Shown one piece after another: positions 48,907 through 58,326 of a stretch of 64,000 bases of DNA. The notes beneath the pieces were generated by a model. It ran no database searches. It was not told the DNA's origin and saw nothing but the letters and a program-made list of their open reading frames with translations. Numbering within the stretch: the stretch's first letter is position 1; each line of letters begins with the position of its first letter. The position numbers and the translations under genes are program-made. This DNA is from an uncultured candidate division Zixibacteria bacterium (GTDB lineage: Bacteria > Zixibacteria > MSB-5A5 > GN15 > FEB-12). Location of the stretch: NCBI GenBank assembly GCA_963664195.1, contig OY760907.1, forward strand, positions 2,976,001 through 3,040,000. The letters are read 5' to 3'.

Positions 48907-51270
48907 ATGAGTAGTAAGTTCCTGTCGGTGTTATTCTGCTTGTTGCTGGCAGTGGCGGCACCTGCCAGCGCGGACTTCGTGCAGAGCGAATTGGACCTCG
49001 GAGCCGCAGACTCAATCGGAATCGAGTTCCCTGTGATTCCCCATGCAGCAACAAACCAGATGCAACTCCAGATGGACGTGCATGTGTTCAATGATGCCAA
49101 TACCCTCAGTGCCATTGGCATAGGTTTTTTCTGGGACAACCCCAATTTCGTCCTGGATTCTGTGACTTTAACGCCCAAGGCTCTGTCCGCTTTTAATTTT
49201 GGTCAGTACTTCTACTACAAAAATGATATCGACAGCTCGAACTTCTACGATCTCTGCCAGTTGGGTTTGGCGCGTAGCGGAGGACCGGGGTACTCAACGG
49301 AGCCAAACCGCCAATTGGTGGCGTCCTATTACTTCACGGCAGCCAGTTGGACGGTCAATGATTCGATAACGATTGACACCACTCATTACAGCGGAAGTAC
49401 GATATTGGCCTTTGCGGATGTTCAGACGCATCTGTACACGCCGTACTGGATCGGGGGGAGGGTCATCCACGACTCTGATTATACAGGTCCCACCAACCTG
49501 GTTATTTCTGAGGATACTCTGTTTTTCGAGTCTGTGCAGGGCGAGGCTACTCCCGTCCCGCAGACCTTTACAGTTGAGTCAGACAATGGGCCGCTGACTT
49601 TCAGTCTCCAGGAAGACGCCAGTTGGTTACAAAAGAGTCCCAACGGCGGGGCGACGCCGAGAACCATTAGCGTTTCGATCTCCACCCTGGGATTATCCCC
49701 GGCGACGTATTTTGATTCTATTCGTGTGAGTGCGACCGGGGCGGACAACAGTCCCCAGTATGTGTACGTGCAGTTTGACTATCAAGAGCCGCCGCCGACA
49801 ATCGGTGTGAATGTTTCGCAGATGGTCTTCAACGCGATTGCCGGTGGTGGCAATCCGACGGCTCAGATATTGTCGATTACAAATACCGGCGGATCGTCGC
49901 TGATGTGGACGGTTGACAATGATGAAGCCTGGCTGATGGTTTCACCGTCGAGTGGTACGGACGACGGCGATGCAACGGTTAGTGTGGACATAGCGGGGCT
50001 TGACTACGGAGATTACTTCGACACGTTGATTGTCAGCGATCCGGAAGCTACTAACGATCCTGTTCTGATCCCGGTGAGGTTGTCGATCCTGTCATCGCTT
50101 CCGGTAATCGATGTTGATACGATTTTCAACTTCGTTGTCGATGAAGCGGAACTGCCCGAGTTCACGCGCCTTATTGAGGTGAGAAATGGCGGCGGCGGTG
50201 ATCTGAACTTCTGGGTTCAGAGAAAAGTGAGTGCATCGGCGACCGTGCCCGAACTCATAGGATTCGATCCGGATACAGCATTGGCTCCGCAGATAATCAC
50301 TCTCGAGTACAGTGGAAGCACACCGTATGTTGATTTCATCAAGACTGACACCGTGCTTGTCTTCTGCAATGAGGCCGCGAATTCTCCTGTCGAGGTTGAA
50401 GTCAACCTGAAGATTGTGGTTGAGCCGGCCTTAATCGGCCCTTCAGCCAATCCGGTCGTTGTTGACGTCTACGAGTGCCAGCAGGGCATGGGCATGAGTC
50501 TTGAGCCTATGACATTCCAGATCAGCAATTTCGGCGGCGACGACCCGATGGAATTCGATCTGGCATATGAATCAGATATGTATTCGCTCGATGTTACCTC
50601 CGGCACGGCTCCGCAGACGATCACGCTGACTCCGCTGGTGGAGGACATGCCGGTCGGGACCTATCTTGACACCATCGTTGTCACGTCAACCTGGGCGATG
50701 AACAACCCGCTCGAGTTGATTGTGCACTACAATATCAACGAGGGTGACGAAGGACCGGAGATTGAGGCTTCCAGGGCGGAGTTCCTCTGGCCTTACCAGA
50801 TTGGTACCGGAGCGCTGGCTGATTCAGGGTTCACTGTTTGCAACCGTTTTGGCGGTTGCATGCCGTGGCAAATCGAAAACGAAACCGGCTGGATGACGAC
50901 TTCGATCACCGAAGGCAACGCCAATGATCATTTGAATATCATTGTCGAGCCTGTCGGACTGACGATCGGCGAGTATGTTGATACGGTCAGCGTGCTGGCC
51001 GTGGGTGCAACGAACAGTCCTCTGGAACTGGAGATGAAGTTGCAGGTCTGGTTGTATCGAGGCGACTGGGATTGGGACGGTATCGTTTCGATGACAGATC
51101 TTACGCTCATGATCAATTGGCTGTTCATCGACCTTGGCGATATTCCTCCCATGCCGGTTATGGAGGTAGGGAATACTGATTGTGAGGGGACCGAGATTAC
51201 GATGTCTGATCTGACCGCGCTTATTGATCACCTGTTTATTTCGCTTGATCCGATCTGCGGTAATCCGTAG
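48907..51270 (+). CDS. Secreted cohesin-like, BACON/Ig-repeat and dockerin-like protein (scaffoldin/adaptor-like)
   Basis: AGGAGG SD and SPI signal. N-terminal beta-sandwich, repeats ending Y.D.I.V...A.NSP..V.V.L, and a duplicated dockerin-like C-terminus. Confidence 0.72.
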   Translation: MSSKFLSVLFCLLLAVAAPASADFVQSELDLGAADSIGIEFPVIPHAATNQMQLQMDVHVFNDANTLSAIGIGFFWDNPNFVLDSVTLTPKALSAFNFGQYFYYKNDIDSSNFYDLCQLGLARSGGPGYSTEPNRQLVASYYFTAASWTVNDSITIDTTHYSGSTILAFADVQTHLYTPYWIGGRVIHDSDYTGPTNLVISEDTLFFESVQGEATPVPQTFTVESDNGPLTFSLQEDASWLQKSPNGGATPRTISVSISTLGLSPATYFDSIRVSATGADNSPQYVYVQFDYQEPPPTIGVNVSQMVFNAIAGGGNPTAQILSITNTGGSSLMWTVDNDEAWLMVSPSSGTDDGDATVSVDIAGLDYGDYFDTLIVSDPEATNDPVLIPVRLSILSSLPVIDVDTIFNFVVDEAELPEFTRLIEVRNGGGGDLNFWVQRKVSASATVPELIGFDPDTALAPQIITLEYSGSTPYVDFIKTDTVLVFCNEAANSPVEVEVNLKIVVEPALIGPSANPVVVDVYECQQGMGMSLEPMTFQISNFGGDDPMEFDLAYESDMYSLDVTSGTAPQTITLTPLVEDMPVGTYLDTIVVTSTWAMNNPLELIVHYNINEGDEGPEIEASRAEFLWPYQIGTGALADSGFTVCNRFGGCMPWQIENETGWMTTSITEGNANDHLNIIVEPVGLTIGEYVDTVSVLAVGATNSPLELEMKLQVWLYRGDWDWDGIVSMTDLTLMINWLFIDLGDIPPMPVMEVGNTDCEGTEITMSDLTALIDHLFISLDPICGNP

Positions 51271-51298
51271 GTCCGGCCTGTCACGGGTTTGATTTTAT

Positions 51299-51336
51299 GC
51301 GCCGCTGTCTGTAACGACCGCGGCGCTCTTTTTTTT
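51299..51336 (+). terminator. Intrinsic terminator
   Basis: GCGCCGC...GCGGCGC followed by a T-run. Confidence 0.7.
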
Positions 51337-51490
51337 CGCTCGACAGGACCCTTGACAGGGGGGCGTATGTTACTATCTTGAGAACTGTCGACATACTTCT
51401 CAAGGGAATCTGTTCAGCCGGAGTGCTCTACGAGTCTTGCCCGACAGATTTCGCCAATTGAAACGCAAAATTTAGCGACGGAGGTCACAG

Positions 51491-53752
51491 TTGACTATAT
51501 ACGTGCGCCTGTTCTGTTTTTCTATTCTGCTTCTGGGATTGCTGTTTACCAACGGTTCTGCGGTGGAGCAAAGCCACGGCTTCTCTTCTGAGATCGATCA
51601 ACTGCCGGCCTCTGACCTGCACAAAATGATGGCGGAGCGCAAGGCCGTTCAACTGGAGAAGTCTCGAGCGGCTGCTCGTATTCTTGCCGATGAGCCTCAG
51701 CGGGACCAAACAAACTACGATGTTGGTTTTTATGACATAAGCATCCGAGTCAACGACACGACAGAGATTCTCGAAGGTGTGGTCAAGATTGTCGCCAAAG
51801 CCGCCGTGGATGGCGTGAGCCAGGTTGAAGTCGATCTCCAAGCCGAAATGATCGCCGACTCGCTTGTCGCGCCGTCCGGTTTGCTGGCGTATACTCGCAG
51901 TGGTAATGTGGTCACGGTTACGCTGGATCAATCCTTCCTGGCGGGTGAGACGTTTGAGTTTGATTTCTGGTATCACGGACACCCGACCGAGGGTGGCCTC
52001 AAGGCGTTTGCGTTTGATACCTATAACGGCGAACCTTCGATCAGTTCTCTGTCGGAACCGTACTTTTCCCGGAGCTGGTGGCCGTGCAAGGACCGGAACG
52101 ACGACAAGGCTGATTCCTTTAAGACGCACATCACTGTGGACTCCTCGCTCTACTGTGCCTCCAACGGTGATCTCGACTCCGTTACGAGCGCGGGGAACAG
52201 GGAGACGTTTCACTATACGATGCGGTACCCGATGGTCACGTATCTCTTCTCGGTGGCCATCGCGCCGTTTACTATCTGGTCGCAAGACTACGTGTTCAAC
52301 GGCGGTGCAGATACAATGCCGATCATTCACCACACGTACTCGAACTGGTACAATACCTCTCTGACATCCGGCTGGAGCCAATCGCCTGAGATTATGAGTA
52401 TCCTGTCGGACAACTACGGTCCGTATCCGTTCCTCGACCACAAATACGGTCATGCCAATTTCGAGTGGGGCGGAGGTATGGAACACCAGACCCTGACTTC
52501 CATGGGGGCCAGCTCGTTTGGTTTCAGCACCAACGTGACCGTCCACGAGATGGGGCACCAATGGTGGGGGGACATGATCACGTGCAAATCGTGGGAGGAT
52601 ATCTGGCTCAATGAGGGCTGGGCGTCATACACCGAGGCGCTGTACCACCTGGCTGTTTCCGGCTGGCCCGCCTATCACAGCTACATGGCCGGCATGGACT
52701 ACTACGGAGGCGGAACGATCTGGGTCGATGATACAACCGATGTTTGGCGCATTTTCAACGGTAACCTGAGCTATGACAAGGGGGCCTGGGTCTGCCACAT
52801 GCTGCGCGGCGTGCTGGGTGAGTTCAAGTTTTTCGCGGGAGTCGATGCGTACTACAACTCCGAGTTCAAGTACGGCGCTGCCAATACGGAGGATTTCAAG
52901 AACGTGTTTGAGGCGGCCACGGGGGAAGAGCTTGACTGGTTTTTTGACGAATGGATTTATGGAACCTACTATCCCGATTACGAGTATTCGTATTTCCAGG
53001 AACCGTCGGACACCGGCGGCTACGACGTCTACTTATACATTGACCAGACACAGAATACCATGCCTCGCGTGTTCCATATGCCGGTTGATCTCTTCTTCAA
53101 TCAGTCAAGCGGTCCTGATGATACGCTGACCCTGAAAATCGAACAGGATCCGCAGTTGTTCCGTCTGAATCGCCCGACTTCAGTGAGCCAGATTCTCTTG
53201 GACCCCTCGGACTGGATATTGAAACAGGAGACGCAGGTGTCCTGGACGATGCATATATTGTCGATCGACGGCGAGTTATCCGATGGCAACAGGAGCGCCG
53301 CGTATATTGATACCGTGCAGTTCCGGGGTGGCACCGGCAGCAGCACCGTGGCTGTCATCTCCGGCGCTCTCCCGCCGGGATTGAACATCAACAACAGTGC
53401 GATCATATCCGGCGTTCCGTCCGATACGGGGACATACTCGTTCCGGGTGCGGGTCTACAATAGCGGCACCGGCTACTCGGATGAGGCCAGCTTCACGATG
53501 CACATTGGTCCGGCGCTGACCTGTTGTACGGGACCTTCGCGCGGTAATGTCGACGGCTCTGTGGACAATCTGGTAACGATGGGCGACCTGACAGTGCTTA
53601 TCGATCACCTGTTTATCAGCCTTGAACCGCTGGCGTGTATCGACGAGGGCAATGTCGATTTGAGCGCTGACGATTTGGTGACGATGGGTGATCTGACGGT
53701 TTTGATCGACCATCTGTTTATCGATCTGAACCCGCTTCCGGCCTGCCCGTAG
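51491..53752 (+). CDS. Secreted M1 family zinc aminopeptidase with Ig-like and dockerin-like domains
   Basis: GGMEH, HEMGHQWWG...WLNEG and Y.KG. GALPPGL Ig-like domain and a CC...GNVD...TMGDLTVLIDHLF x2 tail. TTG start after GGAGG. Confidence 0.92.
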   Translation: MTIYVRLFCFSILLLGLLFTNGSAVEQSHGFSSEIDQLPASDLHKMMAERKAVQLEKSRAAARILADEPQRDQTNYDVGFYDISIRVNDTTEILEGVVKIVAKAAVDGVSQVEVDLQAEMIADSLVAPSGLLAYTRSGNVVTVTLDQSFLAGETFEFDFWYHGHPTEGGLKAFAFDTYNGEPSISSLSEPYFSRSWWPCKDRNDDKADSFKTHITVDSSLYCASNGDLDSVTSAGNRETFHYTMRYPMVTYLFSVAIAPFTIWSQDYVFNGGADTMPIIHHTYSNWYNTSLTSGWSQSPEIMSILSDNYGPYPFLDHKYGHANFEWGGGMEHQTLTSMGASSFGFSTNVTVHEMGHQWWGDMITCKSWEDIWLNEGWASYTEALYHLAVSGWPAYHSYMAGMDYYGGGTIWVDDTTDVWRIFNGNLSYDKGAWVCHMLRGVLGEFKFFAGVDAYYNSEFKYGAANTEDFKNVFEAATGEELDWFFDEWIYGTYYPDYEYSYFQEPSDTGGYDVYLYIDQTQNTMPRVFHMPVDLFFNQSSGPDDTLTLKIEQDPQLFRLNRPTSVSQILLDPSDWILKQETQVSWTMHILSIDGELSDGNRSAAYIDTVQFRGGTGSSTVAVISGALPPGLNINNSAIISGVPSDTGTYSFRVRVYNSGTGYSDEASFTMHIGPALTCCTGPSRGNVDGSVDNLVTMGDLTVLIDHLFISLEPLACIDEGNVDLSADDLVTMGDLTVLIDHLFIDLNPLPACP

Positions 53753-53776
53753 AAATCGAACGCGATAGATGTTATG

Positions 53777-53812
53777 AACGGCCATGCATTCGAGAGAGTG
53801 CGTGGCCGTTTT
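53777..53812 (+). terminator. Probable terminator
   Basis: AACGGCCATGCA...TGCGTGGCCGTT-TT. Confidence 0.6.
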
Positions 53813-53983
53813 GTGGGATCGGCGGAGCGATCAAGTGATCCCATAGCACTCCTAAAACCCTGTTTTATGTTGATTTTACAGGCCAAAACCGTATTATCCG
53901 AAGATGGCCCGTGGAGGGTCTAACGGACGTTCGATCCCAAGGATCCGGCGTCCTCCAACGGTCACTTCAGGGGTTAGAAGACA

Positions 53984-55303
53984 GTGTCCAGAGAACGGAA
54001 AATTGAGACCTTCCATGTGTCCACTTACGGATGCCAGATGAATCTGGCCGATTCCGCGACTCTCTGTGCCTCGCTCATCACCCGTGGGTACCGTCGCGTC
54101 GCCGAGGAAAAGGACGCTGACCTGATCGTTCTCAACACCTGTTCTGTCCGCGAGAAAGCCGAGGATCGTGTAATGGGCCGTCTCGGCGAAATCAAGGGCT
54201 TCAAAGACTCCCGGCCGGGTATGAAGATAGCCGTTGTCGGATGCATGGCCCAGCGTCTGGGAGAAGATCTGATCCGTCGCGCCCCTCATGTTGATTACGT
54301 TCTTGGCACGGATCGTCTGTTTGAACTACCTGACCTGGTCGAAGGATTGGAAGGCACCTCGGGTGTTATGACGGCCTTTGGTCACGAGAACATTGATGAC
54401 ATCCAGCCGACTCTTGAGAACGCTCATTCCGGTTTTGTGACGATTTCCCGAGGTTGCGAGAATTTCTGCACGTACTGCATCGTCCCCTATGTCCGTGGCA
54501 AGGAGCGATCTCATTCGGCTGATCATATCATCGCTGCCGTCAGGAAGATGGTCGATGAGGGAGCGGTTGAGGTCACGCTGCTCGGTCAGAACGTCAACAG
54601 CTACTCTTTCGAGGACATGGATTTCCCCGACCTCCTCAAGAGAGTTGCAGCAGAATCGGGCTGTCAGCGTATCAGATTTATGACATCTCACCCGAAGGAT
54701 CTTTCGGCAAAGTTGGTCGCCACGATTGCTGCAGAGCCTAAGATCATGCCGCATATTCATCTTCCGCTGCAATCGGGATCAGATCGTGTGCTCAAACGGA
54801 TGGGGCGGGTTTACTCGTACGATCATTACAGGGGAATCGTGGAGAATATCCGGTCGCAACTCGACTATGTGACGCTGACGACTGATCTGATAGTCGGGTT
54901 TCCCTCGGAAACGCTGGAGGAATTCGAGATGACCCTTGCGGCGGTGCGCGATATTCAGTATGACAGCGCATTCATGTTCCGCTACTCGGTGCGTTCCGGG
55001 ACAACGGCAGCCGGATTCGACGACGATGTTCCCGAGGAGGAAAAGATACGGCGGTTGAACGAGTTGATCGCTCTGCAGCAGCAGGTGTCATTTGAACGCA
55101 ATCAGCGCGAGGTGGGGGAGATCAGGTACAGTGTGATCGAGGGGCCTTCGCGACGATCGGGGCAGTTCGCGCGCGCTCGAACTGAGGGAAACAAGACAGT
55201 GATTTTCGAGACGGACAGGATAGATGAAGGCACCGTGGTGCCCGTGCGGATCACTTCAGCCGACGCCTTCACCTTGCACGGTGAACCGGTGGAGACCAAT
55301 TGA
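53984..55303 (+). CDS. miaB: tRNA-2-methylthio-N6-dimethylallyladenosine synthase
   Basis: TYGCQMN, NTCSVREKAE, GCMAQ, GCENFCTYCIVP, TSHP, HLPLQSGS and a TRAM domain. Confidence 0.96.
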   Translation: MSRERKIETFHVSTYGCQMNLADSATLCASLITRGYRRVAEEKDADLIVLNTCSVREKAEDRVMGRLGEIKGFKDSRPGMKIAVVGCMAQRLGEDLIRRAPHVDYVLGTDRLFELPDLVEGLEGTSGVMTAFGHENIDDIQPTLENAHSGFVTISRGCENFCTYCIVPYVRGKERSHSADHIIAAVRKMVDEGAVEVTLLGQNVNSYSFEDMDFPDLLKRVAAESGCQRIRFMTSHPKDLSAKLVATIAAEPKIMPHIHLPLQSGSDRVLKRMGRVYSYDHYRGIVENIRSQLDYVTLTTDLIVGFPSETLEEFEMTLAAVRDIQYDSAFMFRYSVRSGTTAAGFDDDVPEEEKIRRLNELIALQQQVSFERNQREVGEIRYSVIEGPSRRSGQFARARTEGNKTVIFETDRIDEGTVVPVRITSADAFTLHGEPVETN

Positions 55304-58248
55304 TGCTTAGTATGCTTCCTTCGTTGCTCATGCCGGTGATAGTCCTGGTGGTTTTCGTATTTCTGACGATCAGGCTGGGGCTTTTCTCTGCCCGCGAGAG
55401 CGGGGGACGATACACGTTCGTAATCGGCGGAGTGCTGATTCTTGCCGCCTCGGTCTGGCAGGCGGTCAAAGAGACTCCGGAGTATTCCGACTGGTTTGTT
55501 CTCTCTGCTTATCCGATGATCGACTTCGCTCAATTCGTTTTGCTGACCCTTGGTATCATGTTGACCGTGGTTGGTCTGGCCCTGTACGCAGATTACTGGC
55601 AGACGCAGCGCGATGACATCGAGACACGCAAATCGCGATTGTCGATACTGGACAACCTGCACCATGACGCCCGTCAGCCGTACCACCTGCTTGAGCTTCT
55701 GAATATATCCCTGAAGGAGATCATGTTGCAGCAGCCGATGGCCTCCGGGGCGCTCTTCTTGGTGAACCGTACGCAGCGTCGGTTTGTGTTGACCTCATCG
55801 CAGGGTCTCAGCAAAGAAGAAACGGCACTTGCCGAGTATTATCCACTCGGTCGGAACATAGCGAGCCAGGCGCTGGAGCTTGGGGATCCCACACTGGTCT
55901 CCCGATTCGAGTTCATTGACCGTTCGGGCGGTGCGGTTGCCACGCGGTTCAAGAGCTGCCTCATTCTACCGCTGACGTCTGGGATGGAGAAGATCGGTCT
56001 GTTGATTCTCTGGTCGGAGGAAACAAAGCATTTCAGCACCACGGACATTGAGTACCTGGCGCCGGTAGTGCAATGGCTGGCGGAGAAGATTCGTTCTGCC
56101 CGGCTTGCCCGTGAGTTGAGTCAAGCTCAGGCCGGATCGGAGGAGCAGTCGGCCGGGTTTGCCGGAATGCTGACCCGATTTGGTGCCGTGTCACGCGCCC
56201 TGAACGCCAGCGATCCGTTGACGGCTTTCTGTCAGGCGATGGCCGGTACGATCGGCAGTGAGTCGGTACATCTCTGCGGCATGCAGGAGGGTGAACTGGT
56301 CATCCATAGCGGCAGTACGCCGATGCTGGAAATATCAGAGAACTACCGGACAGCCCTGATCGACGCGGTGGACAGAACAAGACCGCTGATTATCAATCAG
56401 GAAAACACGGATCCCGATCAGGCCAAGGGCGTCATTGCCTCGAGCCTGGTATTTCCGCTGGTTTCGAAAGACCGACAAGATGCCCTGCTGTTCGTTCGCA
56501 GCGGACATCCGTTCAAAGTCAACGATGATGACCTCGCCATGCTGGAGTCTTTCGCCTGGCTGGCAGCACTTGTCCTCAGACGCGACGATGGCGACAAACT
56601 CAGCCTGATGAGACGGACCGGCTTCGACGCCGTTCTCAAGATGCTCAAGAGTGACAGCAAAGTGCATCGGTTCGAAGAGGATCCCGGCGAGTTCATCCGG
56701 ACTATGGTAGAGGCACTGCCGTTCGAAGCGATAGGTTTGTCCTTTTATCGAGACGAAGGCGGGGCGTTGACTCCGGCAGCGGTCACGGGTGTGGGTCTGG
56801 ATGTGGGTGACCTGTCGTTTGAAGTATTCTCGGGCGAAGGTGCCCTGGGGGATGCTTCGTTGTATGGTGATGCGCAGTTTGCGTTCGGCAAGGATCAGGT
56901 CAAGGCTTCGCTTGAATCGTACGACGGGACCAATCGGGATGTTTTTAACAGCCTCTTTGGAGAGAGCGGGACCCCGGATTTTGTGGCTTGCCTTCCGATA
57001 ACCGTTGTTGATGACGTTGTTGGTGTGACCTTGTTTGCCGTTTACGACCTTCAGGAGAGAGACAGGGGGGAGATGGAACGCCTGCTTCTCCTGGCGGCCG
57101 AGTTGTATGCACTTCGCCTGACGATGGTGAAGTTGCTGAATCTTGCGAGGGAGGAGACTTCGGGACAGATGTCTGCTCCGGTGATGAGCGCAACAGCTAG
57201 CGCAGGTGCACTTGCGGAAATCAACGATCGCTTTGCGGCCATAATCGGTATTGCGAAACTGGCAGAAAAGCGTCCGGATATCTCGGGCGAAAACGAAGCG
57301 GTTCTCCGACAGATTATCGAGGAAGCCGAGGAAACGCTTGAATTCCTCAGACAGAACCTGGCGCCTGCCGTGGACGGGCCGGGTAATTCTGAACCCATTG
57401 AAATCGTGAGGGCAAAGGGCGTCAACGACACCATTGAAGAGGTGCTGGAATCTCTTCACGTCTCCGGCGATCTGTACATGGCCGGTCAGCGTCCGCGTGA
57501 GATCCGTTTGAAGTTGGATGCGCTCGGTCCGATTGCGCTGGCTACCGATGAGATCCGTGATCTCTTTGAGTCCGTGCTAAACAGGTTCTCGTCGATTGCC
57601 CATGATGACGATGTCATTTCGGTTGCCACGTACACTCAGGATGGGTATGCATATCTTGATGTTTCCCGGCATCCGCGCAACTTTCCGCCGGTCAAACAGG
57701 TTGCCGGTTTCGGACAGTACAGTCTTTCCAAGACAGCGCTTGAGAACAGGCCCGGGGATGTATACCTTCGCCATCTCAAGGGGGCTGAGAGCTACTATTC
57801 GGTTGACAATACCAGCGCCGTGCCTTCGTTTCTTTCCTTCAAGTTTCCGCTCCGAAGGATCGACGAATCGACTCCCGCCGAGGGGCCGGTCTCCCTGTTG
57901 GCCATCGACGACCACGAAGTGATTCTAGACCTCATTTCGGCCATGGGGAAATCACTCGGGTACCATGTTACGACTGCCCTCTCAGGTGAAGAAGGGCTTG
58001 AGTTGGCGAGGGAAGGACGGTTCGACTTGATTCTGACCGATCTGACTCTTCCGGGCGTCTCGGGATTGGATGTTGCACGCAGGATTCGGGCTGATTCTCC
58101 GGAACTGCCGATCATTCTGGTAACGGGTTGGGAATCGAAGCTGGATTCGGTCGAATTGAGTGCTTCAGGCATTTCCAGAGTCCTCTACAAACCTTTTAGG
58201 ATTGAGCAACTTACAGACATTGTCCAATCGGTCATAGCCCGGTCCTGA
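55303..58248 (+). CDS. Membrane multi-GAF sensor with degenerate kinase core and C-terminal receiver domain
   Basis: Three N-terminal TMs and GAF-like repeats. H-box-like ALAEINDRFAAIIG lacks His. The REC domain has DD, D (LTDL), T and KPF. Confidence 0.78.
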   Translation: MLSMLPSLLMPVIVLVVFVFLTIRLGLFSARESGGRYTFVIGGVLILAASVWQAVKETPEYSDWFVLSAYPMIDFAQFVLLTLGIMLTVVGLALYADYWQTQRDDIETRKSRLSILDNLHHDARQPYHLLELLNISLKEIMLQQPMASGALFLVNRTQRRFVLTSSQGLSKEETALAEYYPLGRNIASQALELGDPTLVSRFEFIDRSGGAVATRFKSCLILPLTSGMEKIGLLILWSEETKHFSTTDIEYLAPVVQWLAEKIRSARLARELSQAQAGSEEQSAGFAGMLTRFGAVSRALNASDPLTAFCQAMAGTIGSESVHLCGMQEGELVIHSGSTPMLEISENYRTALIDAVDRTRPLIINQENTDPDQAKGVIASSLVFPLVSKDRQDALLFVRSGHPFKVNDDDLAMLESFAWLAALVLRRDDGDKLSLMRRTGFDAVLKMLKSDSKVHRFEEDPGEFIRTMVEALPFEAIGLSFYRDEGGALTPAAVTGVGLDVGDLSFEVFSGEGALGDASLYGDAQFAFGKDQVKASLESYDGTNRDVFNSLFGESGTPDFVACLPITVVDDVVGVTLFAVYDLQERDRGEMERLLLLAAELYALRLTMVKLLNLAREETSGQMSAPVMSATASAGALAEINDRFAAIIGIAKLAEKRPDISGENEAVLRQIIEEAEETLEFLRQNLAPAVDGPGNSEPIEIVRAKGVNDTIEEVLESLHVSGDLYMAGQRPREIRLKLDALGPIALATDEIRDLFESVLNRFSSIAHDDDVISVATYTQDGYAYLDVSRHPRNFPPVKQVAGFGQYSLSKTALENRPGDVYLRHLKGAESYYSVDNTSAVPSFLSFKFPLRRIDESTPAEGPVSLLAIDDHEVILDLISAMGKSLGYHVTTALSGEEGLELAREGRFDLILTDLTLPGVSGLDVARRIRADSPELPIILVTGWESKLDSVELSASGISRVLYKPFRIEQLTDIVQSVIARS

Positions 58249-58326
58249 GTTTTCTGCATTCCCGCTCTAAATCGTCTCCTGCTATTTGCCGACATAGGTA
58301 GCATATCCCAAGGAGTACAGCGCGTA

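Noticed and set aside
53571..53724. Direct DNA repeats (TGGTnACGATGGGnGAnCTGAC) as a possible CRISPR or DGR repeat
   Set aside because: They are the two coding halves of the dockerin motif with mostly synonymous differences. There are no spacers, cas genes or reverse transcriptase.
51491..53752. T9SS C-terminal sorting domain on the secreted proteins
   Set aside because: The C-termini are dockerin-like. No YPNP...G.Y...K-type CTD is present.
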